Of a DNA stretch of 28,507 bases, positions 9,401 to 21,400 are shown piece by piece. This DNA comes from Planctomycetaceae bacterium (GTDB lineage Bacteria > Planctomycetota > Planctomycetia > Pirellulales > Thermoguttaceae), in the NCBI GenBank assembly GCA_003532715.1, contig DOEZ01000087.1, positions 1 to 28,507 of the forward strand. The letters are read 5' to 3'. The notes below the pieces were generated by a model. That model was not told the DNA's origin. It did no database searches and saw only the letters and a program-made list of their open reading frames with translations. Numbering within the stretch: position 1 is the stretch's first letter; each line of letters starts with the position of its first letter. The translations under genes were made by a program, and so were the position numbers.

Positions 9401-12400
9401 CGACTGATCCGGGATGGGGGTATCCGTCGCGCTCGCCCGCATCGTACCGAATACCGTACGCGGCAGCGTGAAGAATCTCATTGGCGCTGATGACGATCTG
9501 GCCCTGGCCCTGTTCGTTGTTCTCATCGCCCTTCAACTGGCGATAGAGGGGCTGGCCGGTCGTGTAGGTCATGGGAATTTCATAACCGAGAGTGGACGGG
9601 AGCACGGTCGCCTGGTGCGAGAAGTAGTCGGACGTGATGATGTCGAGCACCCCGTCGCCGTCCCAGTCGCCCAGCACCACGCCGCTTGGTCCGGCGCCGA
9701 CGGCGTAGGTACTCGAGGGACGAAGCGTGTTCTCGTCGAATCCCGTGCCAGTGAGCACCCTGACCGAGCCTGTCGAATAGTTGGCCACGACGACATCCAG
9801 GTTGTCGTCTTGATTGAAGTAGCCAACGGTAAGGGCCACGGGTTCGGTGCCGGCGACGTAGTCGGCTCTTTCTTCGAACGTGCCGTCGCCGTTGCCGATC
9901 AGGAGCGACACGGTGCCGTCGGCCCGGTTGACCGTCAGGATATCGAGCGCGCCGTCGTTGTCCATGTCGGCCAATTTGACGTCGACCGGCAAACGGCCGA
10001 CGAGATACTCGACGGGCGTCGCGTAATCCGTATCGCCGACGCTCAAGAGGACCGACACGGTATAGTCGAGCGAGTTGGCCACGACGATATCGCCGAATCC
10101 GTCGCCGTTGAGGTCTTCCACCGCGACGCTCGCCGGCGCGTCGCCGACGGCCACGTTCACGGCGGTTCGGAACGTGCCGTCGCCGTTGCCGTAAAGGATC
10201 GAAACCGTGTTGTCGTCAAGGTTCGCCGTGACGATATCCGGATTCCCATCGCCGTCCAGATCGAAGAGGGTCACGTCACTGGGTTCAGTTCCCACGGCGA
10301 AGGTCATCTGGCTCTTGTAGGAGCCATCGGTATTACCCAGAAGGACCGACACGGTGCCGTCGCCGGCGTTCGCGACGACAATGTCATGAACGCCGTCGCC
10401 GTTCACGTCGGCCATGTCGAGGGCCGAGGGCCGGCTTCCGACCTCGTAGACCGCTGGACCCGGAAGGACCGAAATGGTTCCCTTGTATTCGTTCGTGGTG
10501 ACCATCAGGTCGACAAAACCGTCGCCGTTCAGGTCGGGCGCGACGATGTCGGTGGGGTACTCGCCGAGTTGGTCGTAGACCGTGTACTCGATGCCCGTTA
10601 CGACCGCGGCGCCGCTGAGCACGACGCGATCGCTGCCGACGCGAGAGGAGAAGGCGACGTTTGAAGCGGTCACATTGAGGTTCGTCGCCGAATTGATGGC
10701 GGAAGTGATGGACTGAGCGATCTGATCGGCTCGCCGCCCGGCGAAGAAGAAGATGTCGATAACACCATCTTCCTGGCTGAACGGCAGGAGCGGATTGACG
10801 AAGCGGAAGGTCTGGGTGTTCACGCCGTCGCTGACGGTGAACTTGGCGAGGTGAACCAGGTCCTCGGACGGGGAGGCGAGAATCGTGATGTCTTCCGTGT
10901 GGCGGTCGTTCGTGTCGAAGCTGCGGGTATTGGCGGTGATGTTGAACATCGTGTTCCAATACGAGTACTCGGTGGACACGCGGATTTCGAGCTGGTAATG
11001 GCCCTCGGTGACGTAACCGGAGATTTCACTCGGGTCAACCTGTCCGAAGGACGTATCGGGCGCGGCGTGCGAAATCATCTCGCCCCGTTCGATGAAGCCG
11101 ATCGCGACGTTGTCGATGTACCAGCCCTCGTAGGCGTTGTCTTGCGCCTGGGTATTGTAGTAGAACTGCGTGCCGTTGGCCCCCGGCGAGGTCGCGCGGG
11201 GTGTTTCGCCCGGCAGCCCGTCGCTGTATTTGAGTTTGCCCGGGTCCGCCACGCCGTGCTTCAGCAAGTACATGACACTCTGGTCGATTTTGAGCGACGT
11301 GAACAGTTCGGGATTCTCCGCCGTGCCCGTGTCCTCGCCGCCGTAGAACTCGGCGTAGAAAGCATCGACCACGCGGCCAATCTGATAGGCCACCGCATTG
11401 GCCCTTAAGAAGCCGTCAACGGGCACCAGCACGGGCACGATTTCGGGATCGTCATTGTTGACCATGCCCGGCGCGTTGCCCTCGATCTCGATCGACGACA
11501 AGAAGCTCTGGCTCACGTTCATCGCCCCGCGCCACGTAATGGGCAGCGTCGGAATTCCGGACAAATCGGTGGCGAGCCTGCACAGGTAGACGCGATCGCC
11601 GGCCACGACCGACACCGTGTCTTCGTAGAACGTGTTGAACGCGATGCTGATCGCTTGGGCGACGACGCTGGTCGAATCGACGTCGCTGATCTGAATCGGC
11701 GTGTTGCCGTCGGTCACCTGGCCGTCCTTGTCGAACTCGAAGGTGACGGTTCGACCCTGATCGTCGGTGATCGTGAGCGTTTCGCCGTCTCGAATGGCAC
11801 TGCCGGCCGAAGCGGGCAAACGCAACGAGTAGCCCATGTCGAACTCGAAGAGCTGCGGAACGCCCACCATGCTCAGGTCCGACATAAGCGTGAACGTGTC
11901 GCCGTCGACCAGTTCATTGCCGGGCACCGCGATCAGCGGAACGCCGGTGTACAGGTTTTCCCCCGGATTGCCGTTGACGTTCGTGCTGCCGCCTGTCGTG
12001 AATTCGAACTTGAGCCGCAGATTGTCGAGCCCCACGTATCCGCTCAGGTTGACCTTCGCCTGCAGCCACACGCCACCGCCGTCGACCATGTAGACCGGTG
12101 GAGGGATTTTGTCGTCAGACGTTGACATGACGTCGTTGGGCGTGTCGATGTTAGTCGCCAGAAGCTCCCAAGTCACCCCGTCGTTCGAGATGTACACGCG
12201 AGCCGAATCGGTGACGACGTTCGACTCGGTTGCACCGTCCGTTTCGAGGAAGTAGTCGAAGTAAAGGAACGGAAGGTCCTGGGCCTGATAGCCCGCCAGG
12301 CTGAACGTATTCGTCGTCAACGAGCCCTTGGCGCCGCCGGGCAAGTCGTACGTTCCGATCACGCCGGCGTTGTCGTCAAGATAGGCTTGCGTGTCGGGGT

Positions 12401-15400
12401 GTTGGAACGTGCCCGACCGTTCAAGCCCAAACCAATAGCTGTAATTGCCGTAACCGGAGTCGAGCGAGCCTTGCTGCATCGGTTGGCGCGACTCGTCGGG
12501 GGCGACGGTAATCGTGTGCCCCTCGTCCGTCCTCCGATTCTGCGTGATGTGCCACAGATTGTAGTCGAGCGTCGAGAACGCGACGCCCGTCGCTCCAACG
12601 ATCGGGTTCACGAAGCCGGACATGGCATCCGTGACGCCCAGGGTAATGGTGGAGAGCCCGTCGAGAAAGACCGGCGAGGGAACGCCGGTGACGTCGAAGG
12701 CGTAGAACCCGCCGGTCTTGTCCGTGGCAAACAGCGTCTTGGCGTACGCGCCACCCTCGACGTTGGTCGGGCCATCGGTCATGCCGGAAAACTCGATGAG
12801 CGGCTGTTCGAACGCCGCATTGAGGTCGTATACCTCCGCCTCGGCCAGGTCGATTCGGAAATTGTCCGCATCCCACATCGGCGCTATTTCATTCCCGTCT
12901 TCGTCCTCGGTTTTAACCTCCGCGCCCCGCGGCGCGCTCGCATAGCCGTCGATGACGTACAACAATCCCGCGTCGGTCACCCCGTAGAGCGTTCCGTCGA
13001 TGAAGCCGAGACCCGTGATGAAGCCCTGGGCATTCTCGAGGATTCGCCATGGACAAATCGCGGTCGGCAGTGCCTCCTCCGAGCCGCCGGGCGAAACGGA
13101 GTTTCCGTACTGATCGAACTTGAACAACCACTGCTCGGACGAGTCGCCGCCGCCGCCCATCGCGTACATATACCGGGCTCCCCCTTCGACCACGTCGAGC
13201 ATGGCCCGGAACGTCACGCCCGGGTTGTTGGGGTCGATCCCAATGGCGTTGGGGTCGTCCACTGTCGGCGCCGGAATATAGACTTCGATGCTCGCGTCGT
13301 TGTCATAGCTGATCGAACCGTCGGCGACCGAAATCTGGCGGTAGTTCCCGCCCGTGCCCGCCGCGTTGAGCGTCATCGTGTACAGCTTCCCGTCGTTCCG
13401 CACGACGATGTCGTTGTAGCTCATTCCCCCAACCGCATCGTCCAAGAGAGCATTCGCGTCCGGATTGTGCGGCTGCGAACTGCCCGCCGTGAAGTCGTAG
13501 TGGTATTCGCCCGTGAACGGATTGAACGTATAGACGTCGCTCCCGATGCAGACGTACAGGACGATGTCGCTCAAGTCGAAATCGTTGACGTGGATGCTCA
13601 GTTCGTCGAAAGTCGGGTCGGGGAACAGGATGTCCCGAGGCGAGCCGGCCAGCGCGCCTCCATTGGTGTCGCCGATCATGTCGCCGTTGAGGTCGCCGAT
13701 GGTGTCATCGGCGATTCGGGTGACCGAGTTGACCGGCTCGAACCGCAGATGCGGCTGAATCGGCACGCCCGTCTCCACGTACATTCCGTACGCCGCCCAC
13801 GGCAGCATGGCGACACTGGCGACGGCGACGTAGTAGGTGGATCCGTTCGGGCCGGAGGAATCGCCGTCCTTCAGCGCGATCGGACCAAGGTACGGATCGT
13901 TGGTGCCCGCGCTGCCCCGGGTGAGATCCTGCATTCCGGTAACGCCCAACGGATCGGTCTGGTCGTCGCCGACGTTCGAGTTGTGGCTAATGTACATCAG
14001 CGTGCCCGAACTATCGAAGACGTAGAAGATGGTGTCGGGCCGGCCCATGCCGTCGGCGTAGTCGATGTCGAAGATGACGTTCCAGATGTTGGGCTGAGCG
14101 ACGCCCGAGATGTTCTGCGTTCCCGTCGGCGCGAGCGAGAACGAATACCAGTCGATATCGTACTGCGTTTCGCCGCTGATGGAGTTCACGGTGTTGGTGA
14201 GGTAGCCGCTCACCTTGATGGCGCCGTAGTTGGTTTCGAGCAGATTGCCCAGGTGCTCGGCCGTTTCGAACGTGTTGTTGTCGGTGATGCCCGAGGTGGG
14301 GTTGATTCCGCCGGAGGTCAAGCCCAACTGGGTGTTCAGCGGGCGGATAAGTCCAGAGCCGTTGTTCGCTCCGCCGTCGTTGGCCGTCAGGGCGGCGGTG
14401 AAGGTTCCCTCGGCGTTGATCGCCGCGACAGCCGTAGCCGCCGTGGTGGCCTCCGGATCGCCCAGAATGAAGAGGACCTTGATGATCGTGCCGCCGTTGT
14501 CGAAGGCCGGGTTATAGAACACATCGGCGACGTTTCCGGTCTGGCCGCCGTTGACGAACACGATCCAGACGTTGTTGAAGGCGACGCCCGGCACGGCCGC
14601 GGTCACGGTGAAGTCGTTGAAATTGCCGTCGACGCGGACGGGGGCCGATGCCCGAACGCCCTCGGTTGTCTGGACGGTTCCCTCGATTTCCGAGGTGTCG
14701 GTCACCAGGGGCGAACTGGTCGGTAGTCCGAGCAATTCGATGCCGCTAGTCGCGTACCGGATGCTCGAAATCTGGACGGTGGAACCCGCGATTTCCTGGT
14801 CTTCGCGGATCCGGACCTGGAGTTGATACGCTCCGCTGCTGTCGCCCTGGCCGTCGGCCGTATTGTCGGCGCTGCGAACGCGGACGTAGTACAACGACAG
14901 CGAACCGGTAACGCCTGGCAGAACGAGACGCATTCCGGCGTCGTGGATGTTCGTCGTATACATGTCGCCCGTGCCGCTCCATGCGTCGCGGTCCATGGTT
15001 CGGGCGAGGCCCTCGGGCGCGATCAGGCCCGCTTCCTCGGCGGTCGAGCTTCGGCTCGAGGCCAGCACGTTGCCATTTGCGTCGATCAGTTCGACGATCG
15101 AGTCGAGCCCCATGGTCGTTCGGTCGATGTCGATCCAGACCTCGGTTCCGGCGCGCCCGGTGAACGAGTAGACGTCGGCGTAGTTCGGATCGTCGCCGGC
15201 GACGAAGCCGTGGACGTCGAACCCAAGACGCAGGTTCTCGTCGCCCGACTTCATGTTGGGAGCGAGGCTGCCCACGAACTGGGCCCAGTCGGGGGTGTCG
15301 TTCGTGTTTCCGCCCGCGTGAGCGGCCTCCTGCTCGAGCACGACCGCGACGTTCCGGTCGTTCACGTAGCGTTCGAGCTTGACGCTTCGCCAGTCGCCGG

Positions 15401-18400
15401 CCAACGGGCTGTTGACGGCGTTGTCGGTGTCGTTCTGCGGGTTCCCCCACGGGTCGCGCCCCGCGCCGATGCTGTCGTCGTACAGCGAGGTCAAGACGAC
15501 TGGATAGCCGGGCGCCCCGACGATTTGCAGGGTGCCGCCGATGCGGTCCTCGATTTCCTGAGTCGTTCCCAGCGCGGTGAAGCCGGCGTTTTCGCCGAGA
15601 AGCTTCACGACAAGGCTCTGGTTCGCGGCGCTTTGCAGTCGCAGGCCGCCGTAGGTATGGAAGTTCGGAACGACGATCTCGTCGTAAAGCACGTGAACGA
15701 TGTCGGTGTCGTCCCATACGGAGTCGATGGAGAGCACCTCGCCACGGACGATCATGCCGTTGACGGCGTTATTCGCGAGCGCGTTGCCGCGGACCAACGG
15801 CCCGTGGTTGTTGGGATACTCGGCGAAGGCATCGAGATACCCGGTGCTCCGTCCCCAATCGGCGACGTAGTCGAATTTCAGGGAGTTGGCGTTGATGCTC
15901 ATCGCCGGAACCGTGTTGTCGCGGATCACGTTGTCGACCACGATCGGTTGGGCGCCGCGGACGAAGATCACCGAGGCGGATGCGGCGGGCCGACCGGCGC
16001 GATCCGACGTGGTGGCTCCCGTGTTCCATGCCAGCGTGCTGTTGGCGAGCCGGACGTTGGCCTGATGGATTTCGACCGGGTTGAACGTGGCGAATCCGCC
16101 CGGAATGCGCGTTTCGCCGCCGGCGTACGTAATCACGGCGTGGTCGATGCTGCCGGACGAGACGGGTCCGAAGAACAGTCCGCCCCAATCGCCCGGCGCG
16201 GCCTGGCGCTCGTTGGGGTCGCGATTTCCGTTGTCGGTGTCGAAGACGCCGCCGATGCCATAGGTATCGTCGTACTTCGAGGTGAAGATGATCGGCAGCG
16301 CGGCGGTTCCTTCGGCCAGAAGCTGGGCGCCGATTTCGGTTTCGATGCGGTTGTAGCCGAGCTTGACGATAATGCCCGGGTCGATCGCCAACCGAGCGTC
16401 GTATCTGGCTGTCAGCGTCTGGCCGTTGGACCCCGGTCCACCGGGCGTTCCGGCGATGAGCAGGTTTTCCTGGACCACGTGGACGATGTCGGTGTCGTCC
16501 CACCGAGCGGATACGGTTAGCTTGTCGAGCGACGCGCCCGCTTCGGTTCGAATGCGCACGAACAGGCCGTTGATGCTGTTGTCGACGATCAGATTGCCGT
16601 TGATGTCGGGACCGACCCGATCGTAGTCGGCCGTGAAGTCCTCTCCCTGGAACTTCGTGTCGGCGAAACTGTTGGGATCGGCCGACATGGCGGCATCGGC
16701 CGAACGAACGATCGTGTTGAACGTGAGCGTCGGCCGCGACTCGACCATGTGAATCGGGTTGTAGGTTTCGCTCACGCCGTTGACCGAAACCAGGCCGCCG
16801 CCGTAGCGGATTTCGGCGTTATTGACGTAGTTGAGGAAAATGCCCTCGTTTTCCAGCACCGTTCGATCGACGACCTGGTAATCGAGATTGTTGCGGAACA
16901 CCAAGCCGCCCCAATCGCCCGGGTTCACCGTCGGATTCAGCACGCTCTGATCGCTCCACGAGCCGAGCGACCGGTCGTAGTACGAGGTGAAGTAGACGTT
17001 TTGCAGGGGCGTGCCCAGCACTTGCAGGGCCCCTTCGCTGTGGTCGACGTTCAGCGACGCGCTGCCGACGATGATGTTGGCGCGGGAGACCTTGAAGACG
17101 GCCCCCGCGTCGACCATGAGCGTCACGCCAAACGGGACGTTCAGGTTCGCGCCGTCCGCGAGCACCTGGTTCGTCTTGGTTCGGCCGACGAGGTACGCCT
17201 GGTCACGGCGAGCCCGGAGGATCGAGATCTCGTCGTCGCCCTGGTTGGCCGTGATGACGTCGTGCCGGCCGTCGCCGTCGATGTCGGCGAGGGTCAAGCC
17301 GGTCGGCGTGTCGCCGACGCCGTAGACGACCTGCGACTCGAAGGCGCCGGTGCCCAGGCCGAACAGGACCGACACCGTGTCGTCGGCATAGTTCGCGGTG
17401 ACCACGTCGGGCGAACCGTCGCCGTCGAGGTCGGCAATGCCAAGACTGCCCGGTTCGGCGCCGGTGGCATATTTTACCTGCGCGGCGAGGCTGCCGGTGC
17501 CCAGACCGAGCAACACGGAAATGTCGTTGTCGTCACGATTGGCCACGACGACGTCGCGATTTCCGTCGCCGTCGAGATCGGCGATCGCCACCGCGCTGGG
17601 ACCGGCGCCGGCGGTGAAGGACACGGGCGTGTTGAAGACGCCCTTGTCGCGGTTGATCAAGACGGCGACCGAATTCGCGCCTTGGTTGGCCGTGACGATG
17701 TCGATGAGGCCGTCGTTGTTCAGGTCGGCCAGCGCCACGCCAGCCGGAGCGGCCCCGGCGCCCAGCGCGTAGCGAACCTGGTCGCGGTACATCACATTCG
17801 GATCGCTCAGCAGAACGCTGACGTCGTTCGAGCCCCGGTTGGTCACGACGATGTCCAGGACTCCGTCGCCGTTGAGGTCGGCCAGTTCGACGTCGGTCGG
17901 CTGGGCACCCGCGAATCGCGTGATCTGTTGGTTAAAGATTCCGCTGCCGTTGTTGAGCAACAGCGATAGCGTGTTGTTGCCCTGGTTGACGACCACGACG
18001 TCGAGATCGCCGTCGTTGTCCAGGTCGGCGAGGTTCACCGCGCCGGGCTTCGCGCCGACGAGGTAGGTAATCGGCGCCCAGTAGGTTCCGTCGCCGATTC
18101 CACGGAGCAACGAGATCGAACCGTCGTTCTCGTTGGTGACGACGATGTCGGCGATGCCGTCGCCGGTCACGTCGCCGACGGCCGTTCCGGCGGGCTTCGC
18201 GCTGACCTCGTAGGTCATCTGGGCGTCGAACGTGCGATCGCGATTGCCGACGATGCGGACGATGTCGCCGGACTTGGCCGCGGCCAGGGCGTCGTCGATG
18301 TCGCGATACGGATTGTCGAGGCTGCCGAGTTGGCCGACGCCGTCGGACGTCTTGTCGACGAAGAGGGTCTTTTCGATTGTCTGTACGTTGAACCAGAAGT

Positions 18401-21400
18401 TGTGGACTCCGCCGGGCACGCCGTCGGCGTCGCCGTCGAAGAGGGTTCCGGTCGCGTCGACCAGGTGGCGGTTCGACTCGACCACCGACGGAACGAACGT
18501 CATTCTCAGGTCGTAATTGCCTTGGGTCGTGCCGCCGAGGCCGCTGCCGGCCACGTCGAGATCGTATTCGGTGTTGCCCGTGCTGGCCACCGTTACGTAA
18601 TAGACACCCGGCTCCAACTCGACTTCGAGGTAGGAGTCCTCACTGTAGAAATCGTCGTTTCGAGCGATAATTCGGCCTTGGGCGTCGTGCAGCGTCACGA
18701 CGCTGTCGAGCAGACTGAGGCTTTCGAGTCGTTCGGCGGCCGTCTCGGCGCTGAACGTGCCGCTCGTTTCGATTTCGAACCGATAGACGTCGACGTCGAT
18801 ACTGTCGGGCCGGTAGACGTGCAGGCCGTGGATGGTATCGACGTTGCCCGGGAAGAGAGGCTCGACCGAGGCGTCGTAGTACTCGCCGCCGTCGCTGGAG
18901 CCCATGATGGTTCCGACGGGCATGTCGTAGGTGTGGCCGAACCCCAGCAGGTGGCCGATTTCGTGCATGGCCGTCCGAAACCAATTTTGCCCATAGCCGT
19001 CTACCCACGATTCGGCCTGGTCCATGATGGCCACCCCGCCGCCGGCCAATCCGGCGACGCCGCCGGGGCCCGTCGGAATCGTCGGACTGAGGACGCGGAG
19101 ATCGCCCGTCGCGATCGTCAATCCCGTCGCATTGGTTCCGGTGCGTGTGTCCTCGATGAACGTGACGCCCAAGTAGGCGCCGTAGAGTTCGAAGATTTCC
19201 CGGGCGCGCTGTTTTTGCTCGGGCGTGATCAGGTTATACGCGGGACTTCCGTTGGGCAAGGCGCCGTAGACGTTTTTGAAGTTGTAGTAGATGATCGCCG
19301 TGCCATATTGTTTGTCGGCGGCGATGGCGCCAAGGTGCGCCTCGCCGGCGAGCGTCGAGGGAAGCTCGCGATGGCCGAGTTCGCTGATCGCGCCGGGCCA
19401 GTTCAAATCGTAGGGCAACGCCTCGACGGCCGAGGAGATGACGATGCTCTGGCCCTGGGTGGCCGTCCCGAGGACTCCCATGTCGGTCGCCGACGCCAGC
19501 GTGTCGCCCACGACGTAGGCTTCGGTAATCGACGTGGCGATTTCCTGGTATTCGTCGCCGATACGCAGCCGATACGAGCCCGCGCCGAAAGCGGCCAGGT
19601 CGCTGGCGAAGGTCAGCACGACTTTGTTCGCGACCGGGTCGTACACGACCGACGTCGGCTGAATTTCGACGTCGTCCTCGGGTGTGGCCGTCTCGTTGGT
19701 TTGCGACAGGCGATAGAAGTTGGTGTTCTGGGCCGAGGCGACGTTGAGCGTGTCGTCATTGAAGTAGATTTCGATCTGGTCACGATGCTGCTGGAGATTT
19801 CCGGCGGCGTCGCGATAGGTCGGTTGGGGCACGACCGAAACGACTTGGGCGCCCAGGTCGAGCGTGAACGTGATGCTCAGATCCTCTCCCTGATGGAAGA
19901 TGCCGCCATCGACGTTCTTCAGCACGACGTCGCCCTCGCCCCCGGCGCCGACGATCGTAATCATGTACATGTCGTCGGGCAACGTCTCGGCAAAGCGGAC
20001 GATAACTTCGTTCGGACGTTCGCCGATGCCGATCCAACCATAGTCCACGACGACGTCGTTGGCGTTGCCGATCACACGGTCGCCGCCGGCGCGGACGAGT
20101 CGAATCGCGCCGAGCGTGGTCGAGTCGATGACCTGGGACTCGTTGAACTTGAGCGTCAGATCTCTCGGGGCGATATCGAGAATGGTTCCGTTGACGATCG
20201 TTCCGCCCTGATTCGGGACGAGGGCCACCAACTCGGGTCCCACCATCGTCACCGGACCGGGGCCCGGACCGGGCTCTTCTTCCGTCGTGCCAAAAACGTT
20301 CAACTCCCACGAGCGCAACGTGCCCGTCGTGCCCGTGAGCAAATCTCGCACTTCGAGAGTCCATTCGCCTTCGGACGCCTCGCCCCAGTGGCGAGCCGAA
20401 GTGAGTGTCCACTCGTCGAAACTGCCGGACATGTGCCAGAAAGCGACACTACTCGACTCGGCCAGTACGGGCTTCGTTCCATCGGGCGAAACCAGTACGA
20501 TTTCAAGGTCTGCCGGCGACAGATGACCAATGTCAACCGTCACCTCGACCCATTCAATCTTCTCAACCGAGTCATCAAGCGTTACGCTTGAGCGCACGCC
20601 CGTGGAACCGCCATCGGGAATGCCCGCATTAACCATCGTTCTGCCACTGCCCGTCGATATTTCCGCCGAGACGTTTTCCCACTCGAAGGCCAAGTCAACC
20701 GCCGCCGCTGCGTCAACGGCGCCAAAACCGTAGTTATGATTGACGTGGTAGCCCGCGGCATTCTCGGTCCAGTCAGGATTCTCGGGATCGTTCAGGCTGG
20801 CCGTCTCGACCAGAATGTGTTGGACGTCGCGATAGGTCAGCCCGGGATTTGCTTCGAGCATCAAGGCAATGACGCCGGAGACCAGAGGCGCGGCTGACGA
20901 AGTGCCACCGAAAGTGGAAGTGTAGTTGATGTCGGGAAGGAAGTCGCGAGGAAGTTCACCGGTGCCCGTCTCATTGTACCCATCTTCACCCGTTCGATCA
21001 GATGTAACAATACCGTCAACAACATCACTCTGCGAGTCGTACCCCCAACTCGAATGTCCCGATATGAGCAGTGACGCACCCGGATTCGAGTACTCGGCAT
21101 AGGTGCCGTCCGCGCCGATCGCGGCTACCGCAATTGTCTGCCGCAAGCTCGCGAGCACCAGATAGTTTGTGTTTGCCGCATCTTCTCGACTGTTTCCGGC
21201 GGAAAAAACATAGATGCTTCCCAAACCGTCGCGACCGGTTGCCACGCCCGTTTCGATCGCCGCCAACGTGAGCGGTCCCACAGCCTGAAGATAGCCGCCT
21301 GGCCCCCAACTATTGTTGTAAATATCGATCTGTTCGAGTTGATGCAGGAGCGAACTGGACATCTCCACATCGGTCGCAAACCCACCGATCAGGCGAATAC

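Noticed and set aside
4110-18236. Inserted domains being inteins or other self-splicing elements
   Set aside because: No Cys/Ser-start...His-Asn-end Hint motifs or homing-endonuclease motifs at any insert boundary.
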